This document shows, in pieces, positions 12,996-26,207 of a stretch of DNA of 64,000 nucleotides. Every line of letters starts with the position of its first letter. The stretch's first letter is position 1. A model generated the notes under the pieces. The model did not search any database, had not been told where the DNA came from, and saw nothing but the letters and a program-made list of their open reading frames with translations. The DNA comes from Hydrurus foetidus (Eukaryota): positions 1 through 64,000 of the forward strand of contig UYFQ01000788.1 of NCBI GenBank assembly GCA_900617105.1, in the 5' to 3' direction. The position numbers were made by a program, and so were the translations under genes.

Positions 12996-13521
12996 GATAA
13001 AGAGATATGGACGGAGTTCGGTAGATGCTGTTGTGCTGTAATGTCGACGTGATGACAAGATCTCGCGTCTCGCCTTGCCAGTTTGAGTTGAGGTTCGGTT
13101 GACCAAATGTCGTGGTTGGGATGCGGAACAATTCAATCAGACAGATCTATGCCGCTGGTCGCTTTTGGTGCTTCTGCGGTGCGTTGAACCGCTGAACATG
13201 TCTGATCTCGGAGTCATTTTCAGTCATCAGTCGACTTTGTTTTGCTCTAAAATGCGTTATTGTTTGAAATGCAGTAGTATTCATAAAACCATCTCATACG
13301 ACATAAATGACCAGTGGGCCACAAATATTATCGGTCTCTCGGGAATGGTATTGATTTACACCGTCAACTGTCAGACGTTACACTGTGATCGCATCTAAAA
13401 TAATACAAAAATTAAAAATGTGGACTATGTCACAACGTCTCAGAGATTTGTAAAACTTCAATCCACGAAAAACAAAAAAGTTATTTTCACGCATACTCCA
13501 TACTCCGCCATACAAAATTAT

Positions 13522-15564
13522 CTACGGTATTTCGTATATGGCACACACTTCCTCCCCATCATCCACACTGCTCTGGACTTTCAAATTGTAGAGACGCTTG
13601 TTCTTCTCCTGTCTAACCATGGTGATGGCACCGTGCACTTTGCTGTCCATCGAAACGCTTAAAGGCTCCTTTAAGTAAAACACCTACAGGGGAAATAAAT
13701 GTGTTTTTGTATTTAGATAGCTGAGAAAATATTCTGTATTCTGTATTTTGAGTCAAGAGTTGCGTCAGCTAAATTTATCCTGAAGAAGATGATCGTAGCT
13801 TCATATACTTTTAAGGGTGTTTCTCAACAGTCACAAATGTAAGAAATAATAAAGGATTTGAATATTGGAATTAAATTAATTGAATATGCTAAACATATTA
13901 GGAATAATGTGAATGTAATGAAAGAGGTGGCGGAGGAGGTAGAGGTAGGGCGCTACAGTCTTGAACGATGGAAATAAAGTCCACACACAGCTTCTCCCTT
14001 TTCAGGAATAGGCCTCAGACAGTTCATATTAAATGAGAGTTTCGTCATTGCGCTTTCAGAGGGAGGAAGAGAAACAAGTAGAAAAGGGGAAGAGGAAGAG
14101 AATGCAAGAAGGAGGGAGAGAAAAGAAGCAGAATATAGTAGTATGAAGAAGGTGATCCGGAATTAGAAGGATGGAGTGGAGGGTTAAGATAAGAGGGAGA
14201 AAAAGTAGTGAGTTAATAAATAGATATCGCAAAAATTCAATTTAAATGTTAAAGAATTAGTACTCTCAAAATAGTGTTGTGTCGATATGCTCAACATTCC
14301 CACAACTAAATTCAAGTGCAGAAGATTGATTGGAAGACTTGCATCCCGTACGGCTCTGTATGTTCACAGTTGTGTACCTGTTGGCCCCAGTGCGTGTACC
14401 CCGCTTCAGGTCCGGTAGACAGAGAAACCCTTCTGACAGCAGGGGTTCGGACAGACCCGTTAAAATCAACCGTAAACCACCCGGCAAATCCTGTTCGGAT
14501 GGAAGTTGATAGAGTTGCTTGTTTAGAAGGTGTATCGTATCGTATTCAGAGCATTCTCACGTGTGTGTTCAGAGCGTCTGTTAACGTAACACATCTCTAT
14601 GAGTTGCAATATGCCACAATTGTACACATCATCGTAAAATCATCGATAGTGGAAACATGTGGCGAGTAATATTAGTACCTGATATAGTGATTGGAAAAGG
14701 AATGTTTATATCATATTTCGTGGCCGCTACGCCCTCAGCATCTGCCAAAGTGCATGTGTTGAGATCGAATCTCTTCACTACAACTGGCTGTCCTATGATG
14801 TTCTCCACCCGTAATTCTGTCCACAGAGAAGAGTAGATGTGATAGTCGACCTGCTCCTTTTCGTATGCTTTCGAAATTCCGGTGCAGTCGATGCTATACT
14901 TCTCCTTCATTTCCTTTCCGAAATGCTGCCATTCTAGCATGGATTCAGCGTAGTCCTGATTTTTTCTGTCCCTGTCCTCTTCGGAAGAAATCGTTGCCCA
15001 GTACATGGTTGCATGAGATGGGAACATAGAACCTTCTGGTTTCATCCATTTATTCCTCGCCCTGATCACCGAGTCCAACATGCTCTCACGCAGCAGAAAA
15101 TAACCCATCCATTCGGACACTATGATATCCACTTTACATGGCAGTTCGAGATCCTCAACTGAGCTCTGGATAACTTCCACAATGTCTGATACGCCGTTTT
15201 GCTCCACCATTTTGCGGGCATGGACAGCCATATCAGTATATTCTACAGCGTATACTTTCGCTGCCCCAGCTTGAGCTGCCCATATAGCGAGTACACCGCT
15301 TCCTGTTCCTACGTCGAGCACAACTTTGCCTTCGAACAACGATTTGTTCTGCATTATTGCACTGTGATACGCTCTCATGCGAACGGTATCCATTAGCATT
15401 TGCTTCTGATGATACAGAAAGGCATATGAACAAAAATAATTTGCGAAATCCGAGGCTTTCTCTGCGTCACCACCCTTCATAATCGCTGAACTGTCGTTAT
15501 CGAATTCGGACATATTTGTCTCCTGTTTGAGCAGTTGTTTTTCAACTTCGTTTTCCTTGCTCAT
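13522..15564 (-). CDS. Type I protein arginine methyltransferase, PRMT10-like (exons ~15564-14679, 14483-14378, 13683-13522)
   Basis: DFANYFCSYAFLYHQKQML, VLDVGTGSG, SEWMGYFLLRESM double-E loop, THWGQQVFY loop. Confidence 0.92.
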
Positions 15565-16877
15565 CGCAATCAGAATGGGCCCCACGAAGGCTCTGTAGTT
15601 TCCAGATTGGTAGACAGAGGAGATCTGTCTGATTTAAAAATCGCTTACTCGCTTTTAAGTGTCGGAGGCCTTCGATGAAGAAAGTAGAGGTCGTCGGATG
15701 TCGAAGTTGATTTGAATGGAAGTGAATCGAGTGTAATGCCGTACCGGATAGAAATTTGTGTCCCTTTGGGATATTATCAGTCACATGTTATATGTGATGT
15801 AGATAGTAATCAGATTTGCTTTTCACAGCTCAGTTCTTCAACTGCATCATCTGATATTTTGGAACACAAGTAGACCCAGAATATTTGGTAGCGGAGTTTG
15901 AAATGAAATAGACATGACTAAACCTATTTCTGTTACCTCGGTAAGTACTATGCACCAACAATGTCAATCAGAAATTAGTGTTTCTTTACGCTTACATGAA
16001 TAAATTGGCAAGGTCGCCCTACAGTCTTTTGCTAACTTTGAAGATTCTTGTTTCAATCAGAATAGAATTTGGTGTCAGTTATGTACACTATTAGCCAGTC
16101 ATTCATTATAACCATCAGATACTGCTCACACAGATGTCGAGTACGGGAGTACATCTAAAATGAATTCTCTACTATCGATTACAACTATGAAAAGTGGTCG
16201 TGCGGTAACCTCCACTAGCTGCACACAAAAACAGAGGCGACTACAGAGATGCGAAATACGATTTGTAAGACTTGATTTTTGGTTCTTAATTCTGGTTCTT
16301 AATTTTTTGGTGAAACTGGTCTTTTACGAATTAAACTTGACTTGAATCCTAGATAAAAAACATTTAAATTTGAAGGAATTGCAGATTACATTTATCATAT
16401 CCAAGTATTTTTCGTTAGAAGAAAGCCAATAATCCCAGCAGTTATAGTTGGTCACTGATTTTCTGAACTTCCGCATTATTGAGTATAAAAATATCTCACT
16501 TTTTTTCTCTTTTTAATTTACTTACTTTAAAAATGATATCGTTTGAAAAATGAGGGTAATAATCGGAGCACACAAACAACAAAAATTCTTTGACACCAGT
16601 GTCACCATTCATTTCCTTCTCATCAATTATTCCTATTCTACGGATTATAGTAAGACTAAGACTAACTTCCCATTTTTCAGTGCCCGAAAATGTAGATCAA
16701 TTTTAACCCGAAAAATTTCGTGCATTTGAATAAAAGATCAATACATGCATATTGGTTGTCTTAGTCTTCTATACACAAGAATACAATTTATCGGATTGAT
16801 TGGCATTTTAGATCATTCAAATTTGCTGCTATTCTTCCTTCGCTGATGACGTTAAGAAATTTCCAACGTCCAACTTT

Positions 16878-17675
16878 TTAGTAAATTGTTGGTAGGAGTT
16901 TCTTCGTAGTCTGTACATACATACTATACGTGATCGGATGCACATTATTTAATAATTCCTCTTCACGGTCAGCTTTCTTGTCCAAAAAGAATGCGAGAAA
17001 TACAGTCAGCACTGCTTTGTCTACACTGTCACTGAAAATGGAAACTCCTAAGCAAAGAGAAATCAAACCCGTGTAAAGAGGGTGACGCACCACGCCATAA
17101 ATCCCTGTTGTGACAAGCTGATTGCCTGATATTGGCGACACAAATGGTGTTAGATTTTGTCTTAAATCCCAGACACCTCGGCTGATAAAATAAAGTCCAC
17201 CAGAAGTTGCAACTATTCCGACAAGTTTCAAGGAGAATGACACGAACATGGGAACCCCAAAAAGGACGAATGTAACTAGTAAAAGCTGCGCGGCAAATAG
17301 CTCTTCCCCTCTCTTCCCTAATTCTCCTTCCCGGATGTTATTATATGCGCTGGAGAAAATGTATCTTACATCGACACTGAATCGTTTCCTGAATTCAGTC
17401 TGTCGAAATTGGAGCAAATAATTCTTCGTTTCGTTCCAGATTCTCAAGAATATGCTTTTTGGTTCTGGTGGTCGCTGGGGTGACGGCACCCCTTCAGCCT
17501 GTGTATCAATTATTGATCTCATCGTAATCTGGTTCCGAATAATCGTTCTGCCAAGCCAACCTGCAGACGATGTAGTCAGCTGCGGCGCCGTCAGTACGCA
17601 GCATCTGTAAGACATTCCGCAGTGCAATACAGCACAAAGAAGTAAAACGATGATATTCCTTATTGTCTTCGTCAT
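16878..17675 (-). CDS. ICMT/PEMT-like (isoprenylcysteine/phospholipid methyltransferase family) membrane protein with N-terminal presequence
   Basis: LVTTGIYGVVRHPLYTG...KADREEELL...YSMY. Signal-like MTKTIRNIIVLLLCAVLHCGMSY from ATG 17675. Confidence 0.8.
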   Translation of the reverse strand: MTKTIRNIIVLLLCAVLHCGMSYRCCVLTAPQLTTSSAGWLGRTIIRNQITMRSIIDTQAEGVPSPQRPPEPKSIFLRIWNETKNYLLQFRQTEFRKRFSVDVRYIFSSAYNNIREGELGKRGEELFAAQLLLVTFVLFGVPMFVSFSLKLVGIVATSGGLYFISRGVWDLRQNLTPFVSPISGNQLVTTGIYGVVRHPLYTGLISLCLGVSIFSDSVDKAVLTVFLAFFLDKKADREEELLNNVHPITYSMYVQTTKKLLPTIY

Positions 17676-18627
17676 AATCTTTATTACACTGTTGAAGTTG
17701 TACTCAACGAAGTGAACTACTGCCAATTCTGATAGTTTGCAATTTGCTGTAAAATTGATACAGCTGAAACCAAATGCGCAATATTCTGCACGCTTGCGGA
17801 TGAAAGAGAAGGTCGGCACTGGGAAAGATGCGCGAATTTGAGAAACAAGCGATTTTCTACAGCACAAGTCAATTTGAAGTTATCGCCGAAGTAGTCCTCC
17901 GCTATTTCACGATTCCAGATTCGTGTGTAGAAAGCAAGAAGAAGTTTTGAGCTTTGGAACCCTCCGTCGGGGGGGTCCCAGTTGTGCACGTATGAACAAG
18001 ACAAAAGCATCCATCTTACTAATCATTCACCCATTGAAAGATTCACTGGGGGGAAAGGAATCTTCTGCATTCTGATGCTTCGACTAACCATTACCCTGAT
18101 TTCTATTCGCAAAAATGTATACAATGTAGGATCGTTTGTGGTTCTTGCCCTGCACCCTTACTCCATTGCGATTCTTGTCAAATTCCTATTAGTTTGCGAA
18201 CATGCACACTGTATCAGGTATCGAGGGTTCTATTCATCAGAACATTTGATTACTTTACTTTCATTTCGAAAAACATTGCCTACAGTATGAGATGTTTGTG
18301 ATGCATGCCCGACACGTGCGTACGGAAGAACGTTCCGGACAATGTTTCGGTATAACAACTTCTTCCAACTTACTTACCGTACTGTCAACTTCACTTTGGA
18401 GTTTGGAGTTATCATCGACCATCGACATCCAAAATCAAATTGAGAAGACTGTCAAATCAACTGTGCAGGGATGCTCCAAATTGCAAGCATCAGTGCATCT
18501 GCAGGACGCGCTGGTTGTTGACTGATTTTGTACAGTCATTCCAGAGATAACAGAGCTATCGGACTACATTGAAGTTGTAGTCTACTTTCGGCTTCTCGTA
18601 TTCTAGGGCCTAAGTTGATTTGATATC

Positions 18628-19517
18628 ATGCATGCATTTCACAAATGCAGTATTTTGCTTCTAATGGGATATCTGTTGAATGTGCAGTCCTTCCAAGTTA
18701 AGACATCAATTGTTCATCGCTATTCAAGGAATAGTAAAGCGAACTTACGCAAAAGTTCCCTACCAACCGCATCTGACGGACAGGATGATAAAGATCAAAC
18801 ATTAATTCCGGGTTTAAATAATGTCTTTGGTAGAAATATTGATAAATCTGGGGAGCAGAAGTCATATGAAACTTACGGTACATCCATTTCATATCTTCAC
18901 GCCTTGCTGTTTTCATCGCATAATGGGATAGGATTTTACTGACACCTTTTATTAATGACTGCTTAAACGTTTCGTTCGTAGGTAAACTAGCTGGCTTTGC
19001 TCAACTGATTGATGTGAGAACGGGTGGGTGGGGTTTAGGATATGCGGATACACGTCCTTTCAACGACAGAACAATCATTGGTGTTCTGTTCTTAGCGACA
19101 AATGCCTTTTACATCTGGGCTGGGATAGATCTATTCACAAATAAGAACTATCTACTGTCTGCTTCTGTTGAAATAGCTGGGTTAGTAAGTCTTTACTATC
19201 ATTGGAGTCAGGTTCATTTCGGACCCAACAGAGATGAAGTGAGATATTCTTTGTTGATAGATTACATTACAGCATTTATCACAATAAATCTTACTTTCAT
19301 TGAAATCATAGCACTGCTGATAAAATTTTCAAACAACGCAGCTTGTGATTTATCACTTTCCAGTGTCGTGTTTGGCGTCACTGGCGTAGCATGTTTATTC
19401 GGATCGTGGATATTTGAATTCGGCCTACCATATATATTTTTTCATGGATTATGGCATATATTCTCATCATTATCTGTCGCTGATGTTGGTGCACAATTAA
19501 ACACAATATGCAGTTAG
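18628..19517 (+). CDS. CREST-superfamily multi-pass membrane protein with bipartite presequence (intron 18878-18981)
   Basis: SxxxH (SLYYH), D (IDY) and HxxxH (HGLWH) metal-ligand motifs in TM helices. N-terminus ...LLNVQS-FQVK. Confidence 0.7.
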
Positions 19518-20395
19518 ATGAGACTTTTTTTCTGCTTATGCGTTCCTAATATGATCTCGATATCAAAGTATCGTCACTTCCTTGCAAACAAGAGGGATAC
19601 AAATATGCTTCTTCAAATAGGACGGAAACTTGCATCGATTGAAACACAGAAATTTATGAGATTTTATTGGATAGCAATGCCATCGAAACGTTTTTATCGC
19701 TGCGACGAATTTGAAATAGTGAGTTTTATTGAATGATCCCAGATGCAGAAATAATCTGGAGAGACTTAAAATCCTGAGAAGTGTTGAGAAATAAAGATTT
19801 TTTAGTTACAAAATTGTCGCCCTGAATTTATCGTTCTCTAAATTGTGATTTATGCTGCGGTACGTATATGAGAACCGCTTTAAAAAGTAGCGTTTCGTAC
19901 TCCATTTCGACGTGCAATATAGTCATCATGACTTTTTTTTCTGTAATGTCTGCTACTTGATCATGTGATGCAGCAGCCCCACGCCCTCCTTTGCTTCAAA
20001 CGGAGGCTCCAGAAAATGAAACGAAAAAGCTGTCGCACGCTCATCTGGAAGTTTCGTCAACAGCAGGATCTGGAACTTTCGATGGGATCGCACGTACATA
20101 AGTACAGATATGTGACGTTTCGTTTTCTCTCTTGGGTGATCGATCGGCGTGCGTGATGGGTGAAGTGAGGATTCGATTCACTTCACACTTCATCTCATCT
20201 CATTATCTGCCAACGGAGAAAATTCAGAACAACATTATTAAACATTGCGTGGGTGATGGTGAGATGCGGTCATTGTGCTTCAGAGGCAGGAGCTCACTTT
20301 ACGATAGCAGCATCGTTCTGATTATAAATTTAAAGCTACTTGAGGTGGCATAAATCCACTCAGAGGAATCGAAACTCCTCTCTGTATCCGTCGTC

Positions 20396-22253
20396 ATGTC
20401 TCGAAGTGCCGCAATGATGCAAACGTTCCCTGGATTTCAGAAAACTGAATCGTGCACCCACAGAGAAAAGTTGGAAATAACGTCGACCGTAAAATATCTA
20501 CTTTCGCTGGTTGGCCGCGGAAAGAATCAACCTGTCCGGGGAGAGGACTTCGTTCATCCGTCTTTACAAGTTCCTCGCGTTTCAAAACTTCGAAACCGAA
20601 TCGCTGACAACCAGAATGGCGGCTATATATTGGAGGAGCTTGAGGAAGTTAAAATGATGAGGGATTGGGACAGCAAACTTCAAATGAATTCTAATAACGC
20701 TTCATCGATTGCCTTGGCCCAAAAAGCAAAATATTCTTCGTTTAATACTGAGAGAGTGCACATCAAAGAAAGCAACAACAGCAGGGATTCAGAGGAAAGG
20801 TGCAAATCAACCTCTAATCAAGATCCATCACCAAGGGAATCTTCTTCATCATCCAGTGGTTTACGAAGCAGAACATCTTCACTTCCCAAGAGACATGAAA
20901 GAATGATAATCGAGAAATCCCCGAGCAAATTTCTTCCGGATACTGTACAGCATATCCCTCTGCAATCACAAAATTCGAGATTAGGAATGAGTTCACCTCC
21001 AATATCTCTTCCAGTGATAGTTAGAGTTGAAGAGAAAGATCACAAAAAAGATATACCTTGCTGTGATAAATGCGATGGCAAGCATCAAACAGATGATTGC
21101 CCACATTACAAAAAGAATAGGGAAGGTCATATTGATGGTCAGAAGAATGGATGGAAACTTTCCGGAGGTTCATCAAATCTTCCAGGTAAGGAAAATCTCT
21201 CTTAATGTCTATGTAACCTTTTAAAAAAAACCGTAATATTGATGTGTTGCTGGTGTTTATTTTTTCATGTGATGTAAGAGAGACATGCAGGAAATGCTTT
21301 TTGTCGTAATTGAGCGAAGTGCACTACGAAATCCCTATTACACATGTCATATTTATGAATAAAAATGTGAAATAAAAGAGTTTTCAAGTAAACCCTTTGA
21401 AACATATATACTCTTTCTGCACAATTATTTCTCTTTCTCCATGATTTATTCTCATATTAAGGCTTTATTATGCTTCCTTTCATTCTAATTGCAATAATTT
21501 AAATCAGGTGCTTTCTTGCGACATGCAAAAATCATTCCTCAAGCTGGCGATGGTAGTTGCTTATTTCATTCTTTGAGTTTTGGTTTAAAAGATGGGTCCG
21601 ATGCTCATTCTCTCCGGCTCGAAATATCCACATTTATACACACACATCCACATACACTGATATGTGACACTCCTTTGAGTGATTGGGTGAAATGGGATTC
21701 AAGCGTTAAATGTGCAGAATATGCGAAACGAATGAAAAATGGGTCTTGGGGTAAGTAACTGTTGCGCAAGTTGTGTGGTTGACATGATATACAATAATTG
21801 ATGTGAATCTACCTTTCCGCAATTCATCTATTATAATGTTCTTAATTTCTCTGATTTCATGTCACATATTTTATTATATTCCTCCCTTATTCTGTCATAC
21901 TTTCTTTTCTAACTTCCTCCCCAGAGGCATCTCGAAATTCATTTTACTCTAGCTTTTGGCACTAGTCCGTGGATGCACACCATACATTTAACTTACACAA
22001 AGATGACATTTTAAAGTGTGTTGACTTGTCTCTTAACCCTCTCAACTTTTTGTTCACCATAGGTGGTGGAATCGAAATGGCCTGTGCAAGTCTGATAAAA
22101 AACTGCAACGTACATGTTTACGAAAGCGTACGAACAGGAGGCTTTAAGCGAATTTCAGCATTTGATCACCCTGTGAGACCCGAACTGAAGAGGACTATTC
22201 GCATTCTGTATCGAGGCGGAGTACATTATGATGCTCTGCTGTGTGAGTCGTGA
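20396..22253 (+). CDS. OTU-domain cysteine protease/deubiquitinase with small Cys/His knuckle (exons 20396-21186, 21508-21750, 22062-22253)
   Basis: GDGSCLFHSLS, WGGGIEMA and GGVHYDAL OTU motifs. CDKCDGKHQTDDCPH knuckle upstream. Confidence 0.85.
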
Positions 22254-23340
22254 GAGAAATCTGGAAACATTTCAAATTGCTTTTCCGCAGATTATATTCC
22301 GAAATGCTATACTCGATTAGTGTCGTGTAGCAACATCGAATCTTTTCATTGATTCATTGCTGCACTAGAAATCACGATGAAAACTAATGTTATTTGAAAC
22401 AAATTCGTCTATGGACTGATGAACATCCAATTAAACCAGTGACGTTAACTCTAATTCAGCGAGGGGGGAGGGACTATTTCCTACCTGTGTTTGAAGTTAA
22501 AGGTCTCCTATATATTCATACTCTAGTACTATATGATTGTGTCAGTTATTTCTATTTTCTGAAAAAGAAATTCGAATTCTTTAATTACATGTACATTTAC
22601 ACTTCCATTGTACCGGTCGTAATTAAATAATGGCGGCTGAAACATTTATCCTCCGAAGATCAGTTATCGCACGTTTCTGCCGTATTGGGTATTTTCATGC
22701 GGTAGACTGGTCAGCGTTGTGTTTTTCCTTGGGAGTGTGGGCTCGATAGTGCTGTGTGCGGCACAGTGCCACCTCTCGTCATCAGTCTCAACTGGCGTGT
22801 ACATCATAGACATCACATAAGAATATGATGACGAAGATATGCTAATTTGATGGTGCGAAATGTTTGTATGAGAATGATCTTCCATTTCCACTTGATCCCC
22901 GACATCACTTAGTCGGAGAACCATCGAGCAAGAATTATATTTGGTAAGATAGCACTTGTAGTGCATTACACTTCATTTTAAATCGTACAGTGCAAATTTC
23001 TCCTCGTTCATATAATACAAGTTGTTGAAATTTCTTTCTCATCTAGCCGTTTGATGAAGGTATTGTCAGCTACTTCATTCTGGACTCGCGTAGAGATATT
23101 TCAAAAACTGTTAGAAAATATCTCATTTTTTAGCACGTTACCCTGAAATGAGAAATCGATTCGTTTCATCTACAACGGCTACAATGACTGATTATGAATT
23201 TAAAATTAAAATCATGAATGTTGAATTCAAGAACAAGTGTGGATTTTCTGATTGCTGTATTGCATTCAAAAAAATAAAATGATCTTGCTACTATTATATA
23301 CAATTTATTGGGTGGTTAGTAATTTGTAAGTGTGTTTAGA

Positions 23341-24188
23341 TTAGAAGAGACCGAAGAACTTTCTCTTGTTTCCTAGTTGCTTGTCGTCAACCATCATATC
23401 GGCAAGGAGAGCATCTTGTTTCTGTATCAAGAAAATGCGGAAAAACAAAATCAGTCATAGATATTTCTCGGTACTCAGTAATCACGATATTTCACTCATA
23501 ATCGAAGTGCAACTAGAATTGAAATAACTGTAATTTACAACTGTGTCAGAAATTGAACTTACAATTTGAAGAGCTCTCTTTTCCTCCTCTGTAGCTTCTC
23601 TGAAAGCAATCGCTCTTCTTTTCTTCTCCTCCTGCTCATTGGCAGCCTCCAAGACTAATTTCACTGGCTTTGAATTGCGCACTTTGATACTTGACACCTA
23701 TTAGGTGTCAATGAAGTCGTGCAGTGTTCAGCGTTACATGATGATCGACTGACTGCTGCGATTAGACACCTTCATGCAACTATTTGATGATACAAATGAA
23801 GACTTTTACGCACCACTCTGTCAAGTCCGACACCTCTGGCAGACCACATGTCATCTCCGAATGTGGCTGAAACCATTGCAACAATGTCCCCAACAAAGAC
23901 CATTCCACTTTTGTCAGCGCGCCCACCTTTCTCAATTGATTTGACGAAAACGTTACCGTTTTTGTCCTCATCGAGGTCCATTCCCATTGGCATTCTCAAC
24001 TCAACAATTCTGTCGTCGGCTGCCGCTCTTCTTTGCGATCGGTTTGCTTTAGCGAAGGCATCATTCTCCACCTTCATCGTGAGTGATCTTGTAGGAGTCA
24101 TTGTGCGAACCTTCAATGCATTAAACGCATTTGACTGCGCGATAAGGATTAACACAGCCACTACAAGCATGAACTGAAGAGTCATCAT
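23341..24188 (-). CDS. Small PDZ-like domain protein, predicted plastid-targeted (exons ~24188-23814, 23697-23561, 23423-23341)
   Basis: Signal ...LIAQSNA-FNAL. PMGMDLDEDKNGNVFVKSIEKGGRADKSGMVFVGDIV PDZ-like segment. Ends KRKFFGLF*. Confidence 0.8.
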
Positions 24189-24353
24189 GTTGAGATTTGA
24201 AGGATAGGTATCGAAAGCAGGAAGGGTCGCAGAAGTATAATTGAGCGCTGGTCAGAGCAGAGTGTAGCAACACATCAAATGCTTGCAATCGAGCACTAGG
24301 AAAATTCACTGAAGTATGTCATTGTCATGTTGAGCTTCCGTGGTCGAAATTAA

Positions 24354-24441
24354 TGACGTCTACGCTGACGTTTCATTTATTCAACGTCATCCGGTTTCAG
24401 CATCCGGGTCATCCGGTTTCAGCACCCGGGCCATCCGGTTT
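24354..24441. promoter_or_regulatory. Divergent promoter with three TGACGT (bZIP/aureochrome-type) sites and a 22-bp tandem repeat
   Basis: TGACGT at 24354 and 24366, ACGTCA at 24384. CATCCGGTTTCAGCAYCCGGGY x~2.5 at 24388-24441, between two divergent plastid-protein genes. Confidence 0.4.
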
Positions 24442-24630
24442 TTCATGAAGATATTTGATCGGAAGAACAATGTCACCATCTGGCTTTTGGCTTTTGGAAT
24501 CAAGAACTCAACGATATCTATGCATTCAACGGTATCTGCTGCCTACTTCAACCACGGCACCTTCCAGTCAAATCATTCTTGCACTGAGAAAGAAAGACAG
24601 AATCTCACTCATTCAACGAAATAGGGAGAA

Positions 24631-25394
24631 ATGCAGTTTATTCCATCAATGCTCGTAACACTTTCCGTTCTGCTTGTTTCGTGTGAAGCTTTCCGCTCTG
24701 CACGATTCACTGCATCCAGATCGATGTCGATGCAGTCCAACTTAGAGCCCACAAGAGGCCAAGATAACTGGAAGCAGTCAGTGAAAGGACTCGTGAATTT
24801 CGGGGTAGCAGGATCAGCCTTCTTCGGGCTAACAACTGCCGCCCTAGCAGCAGGTGCAGCACAAGGTCTTGCTCCAGCCGTTCCCATCAGTGCACCGACC
24901 GGCCCAGCTGCTCCAGTCGTCGACGCGGATGGATTCACCGTATCCGACTCTGGTCTTAAATCCAAAGATACCAAGGTACGCAACATTTTCGATTTGAAGT
25001 ATTTGTATACTGCTTCTTAATCCTGACTAGTCAACCTTTTTCGCTTCTTCATCAGATTGGTGAGGGTGACATTCCAATGGCCGGTGACACAGTTAAAGTT
25101 CACTACACCGGATGGCTTGATGAGTTCGAGACAGGTCGCGTGTTCGACAGCAGTTACGATCGCAGATCGCCTCTAGTTTTTAAAGTTGGCGTGAAGCAAG
25201 TCATAGCTGGCTGGGATGAAGCGTTACTATCCGGGATGAAAGTTGGTGGAAAGAAACAAGTGATTATTCCCCCAGCACTAGGATATGGCACGAGAGGAGC
25301 AGGCGGTGTGATCCCTCCCAATTCAACTCTGTACTTCAACATGGAACTTGTCGGAATAACAGCTCGCGTTCCTCGCGCCAAACTGATCGATTAG
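24631..25394 (+). CDS. FKBP-type peptidyl-prolyl isomerase, predicted plastid/thylakoid-lumen targeted (intron 24976-25055)
   Basis: Signal ...VSCEA-FRS and second hydrophobic segment ending AALA. VHYTGWL...FDSSYDR...VIAGWDE...IPPALGYGTRGAGGVIPPNSTLYF. Confidence 0.93.
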
Positions 25395-26207
25395 ATTTGA
25401 TATTGTTAGGACTAACTATCCGGGAAACTCCGCTATTTCATAGATCAATGTAGGAGCGCACCTCCTCCGACAGTTTCTCACCAATTAGATGCTAGTTCAC
25501 GAGCTTGTGTACTGTACGTACTTTCCTCCAAGAATGTAGTTTCTGTCCATCTATTCGTAGTACATAATGCTTATTTTTACATACAAGTCAACATCCCATT
25601 TTCAAAAAAATCTCCTTCGGACAGAAAGGGATTCATTTCTTCGTCCAAATTTTGATCAATGTGGCCATGTGACGAAGCTCATGCAGGCACAACATTGTCA
25701 CAATGTCCTCGCACAAACAAAATCGAGAGTTTGATTTCGATTGGCAGCACTGAAATTTCCATCAGTTGACAACAACCGTTCCATAAAACTCCAAAAGGAT
25801 AAGTCTTTCTGGACGATACACAGGGATTGAGGAGTACAAATTAAATGTGTTAATGTACGCGGTCCACCCATCACTCAATGCCTCGGCTTTCAACTTCTTC
25901 GTACAAGGACTCCTTCATTTGCAAAAAGCGTTTAATTCTCATTTAAATCGAGATTGTTGGTTGACGAAAAATAACATAATTACTTAGTTTACAATTTACA
26001 ATTTCACATCATAATGGACCGGTGGACAGCACAGTACAAAGTATCTGTATTCTGTACGTATACGACATTGAAAAAATTCAGCAGACTCGACCAAAGTACA
26101 AAATACCGACCCTTGCTCTCAACTCTCAACTCTTCTACATTTCAGATTGCAGGAGTCAAAGTCGAAATCATCAACAGTTGGGAAGGATCCCGTCAAGTTT
26201 TGACAAC

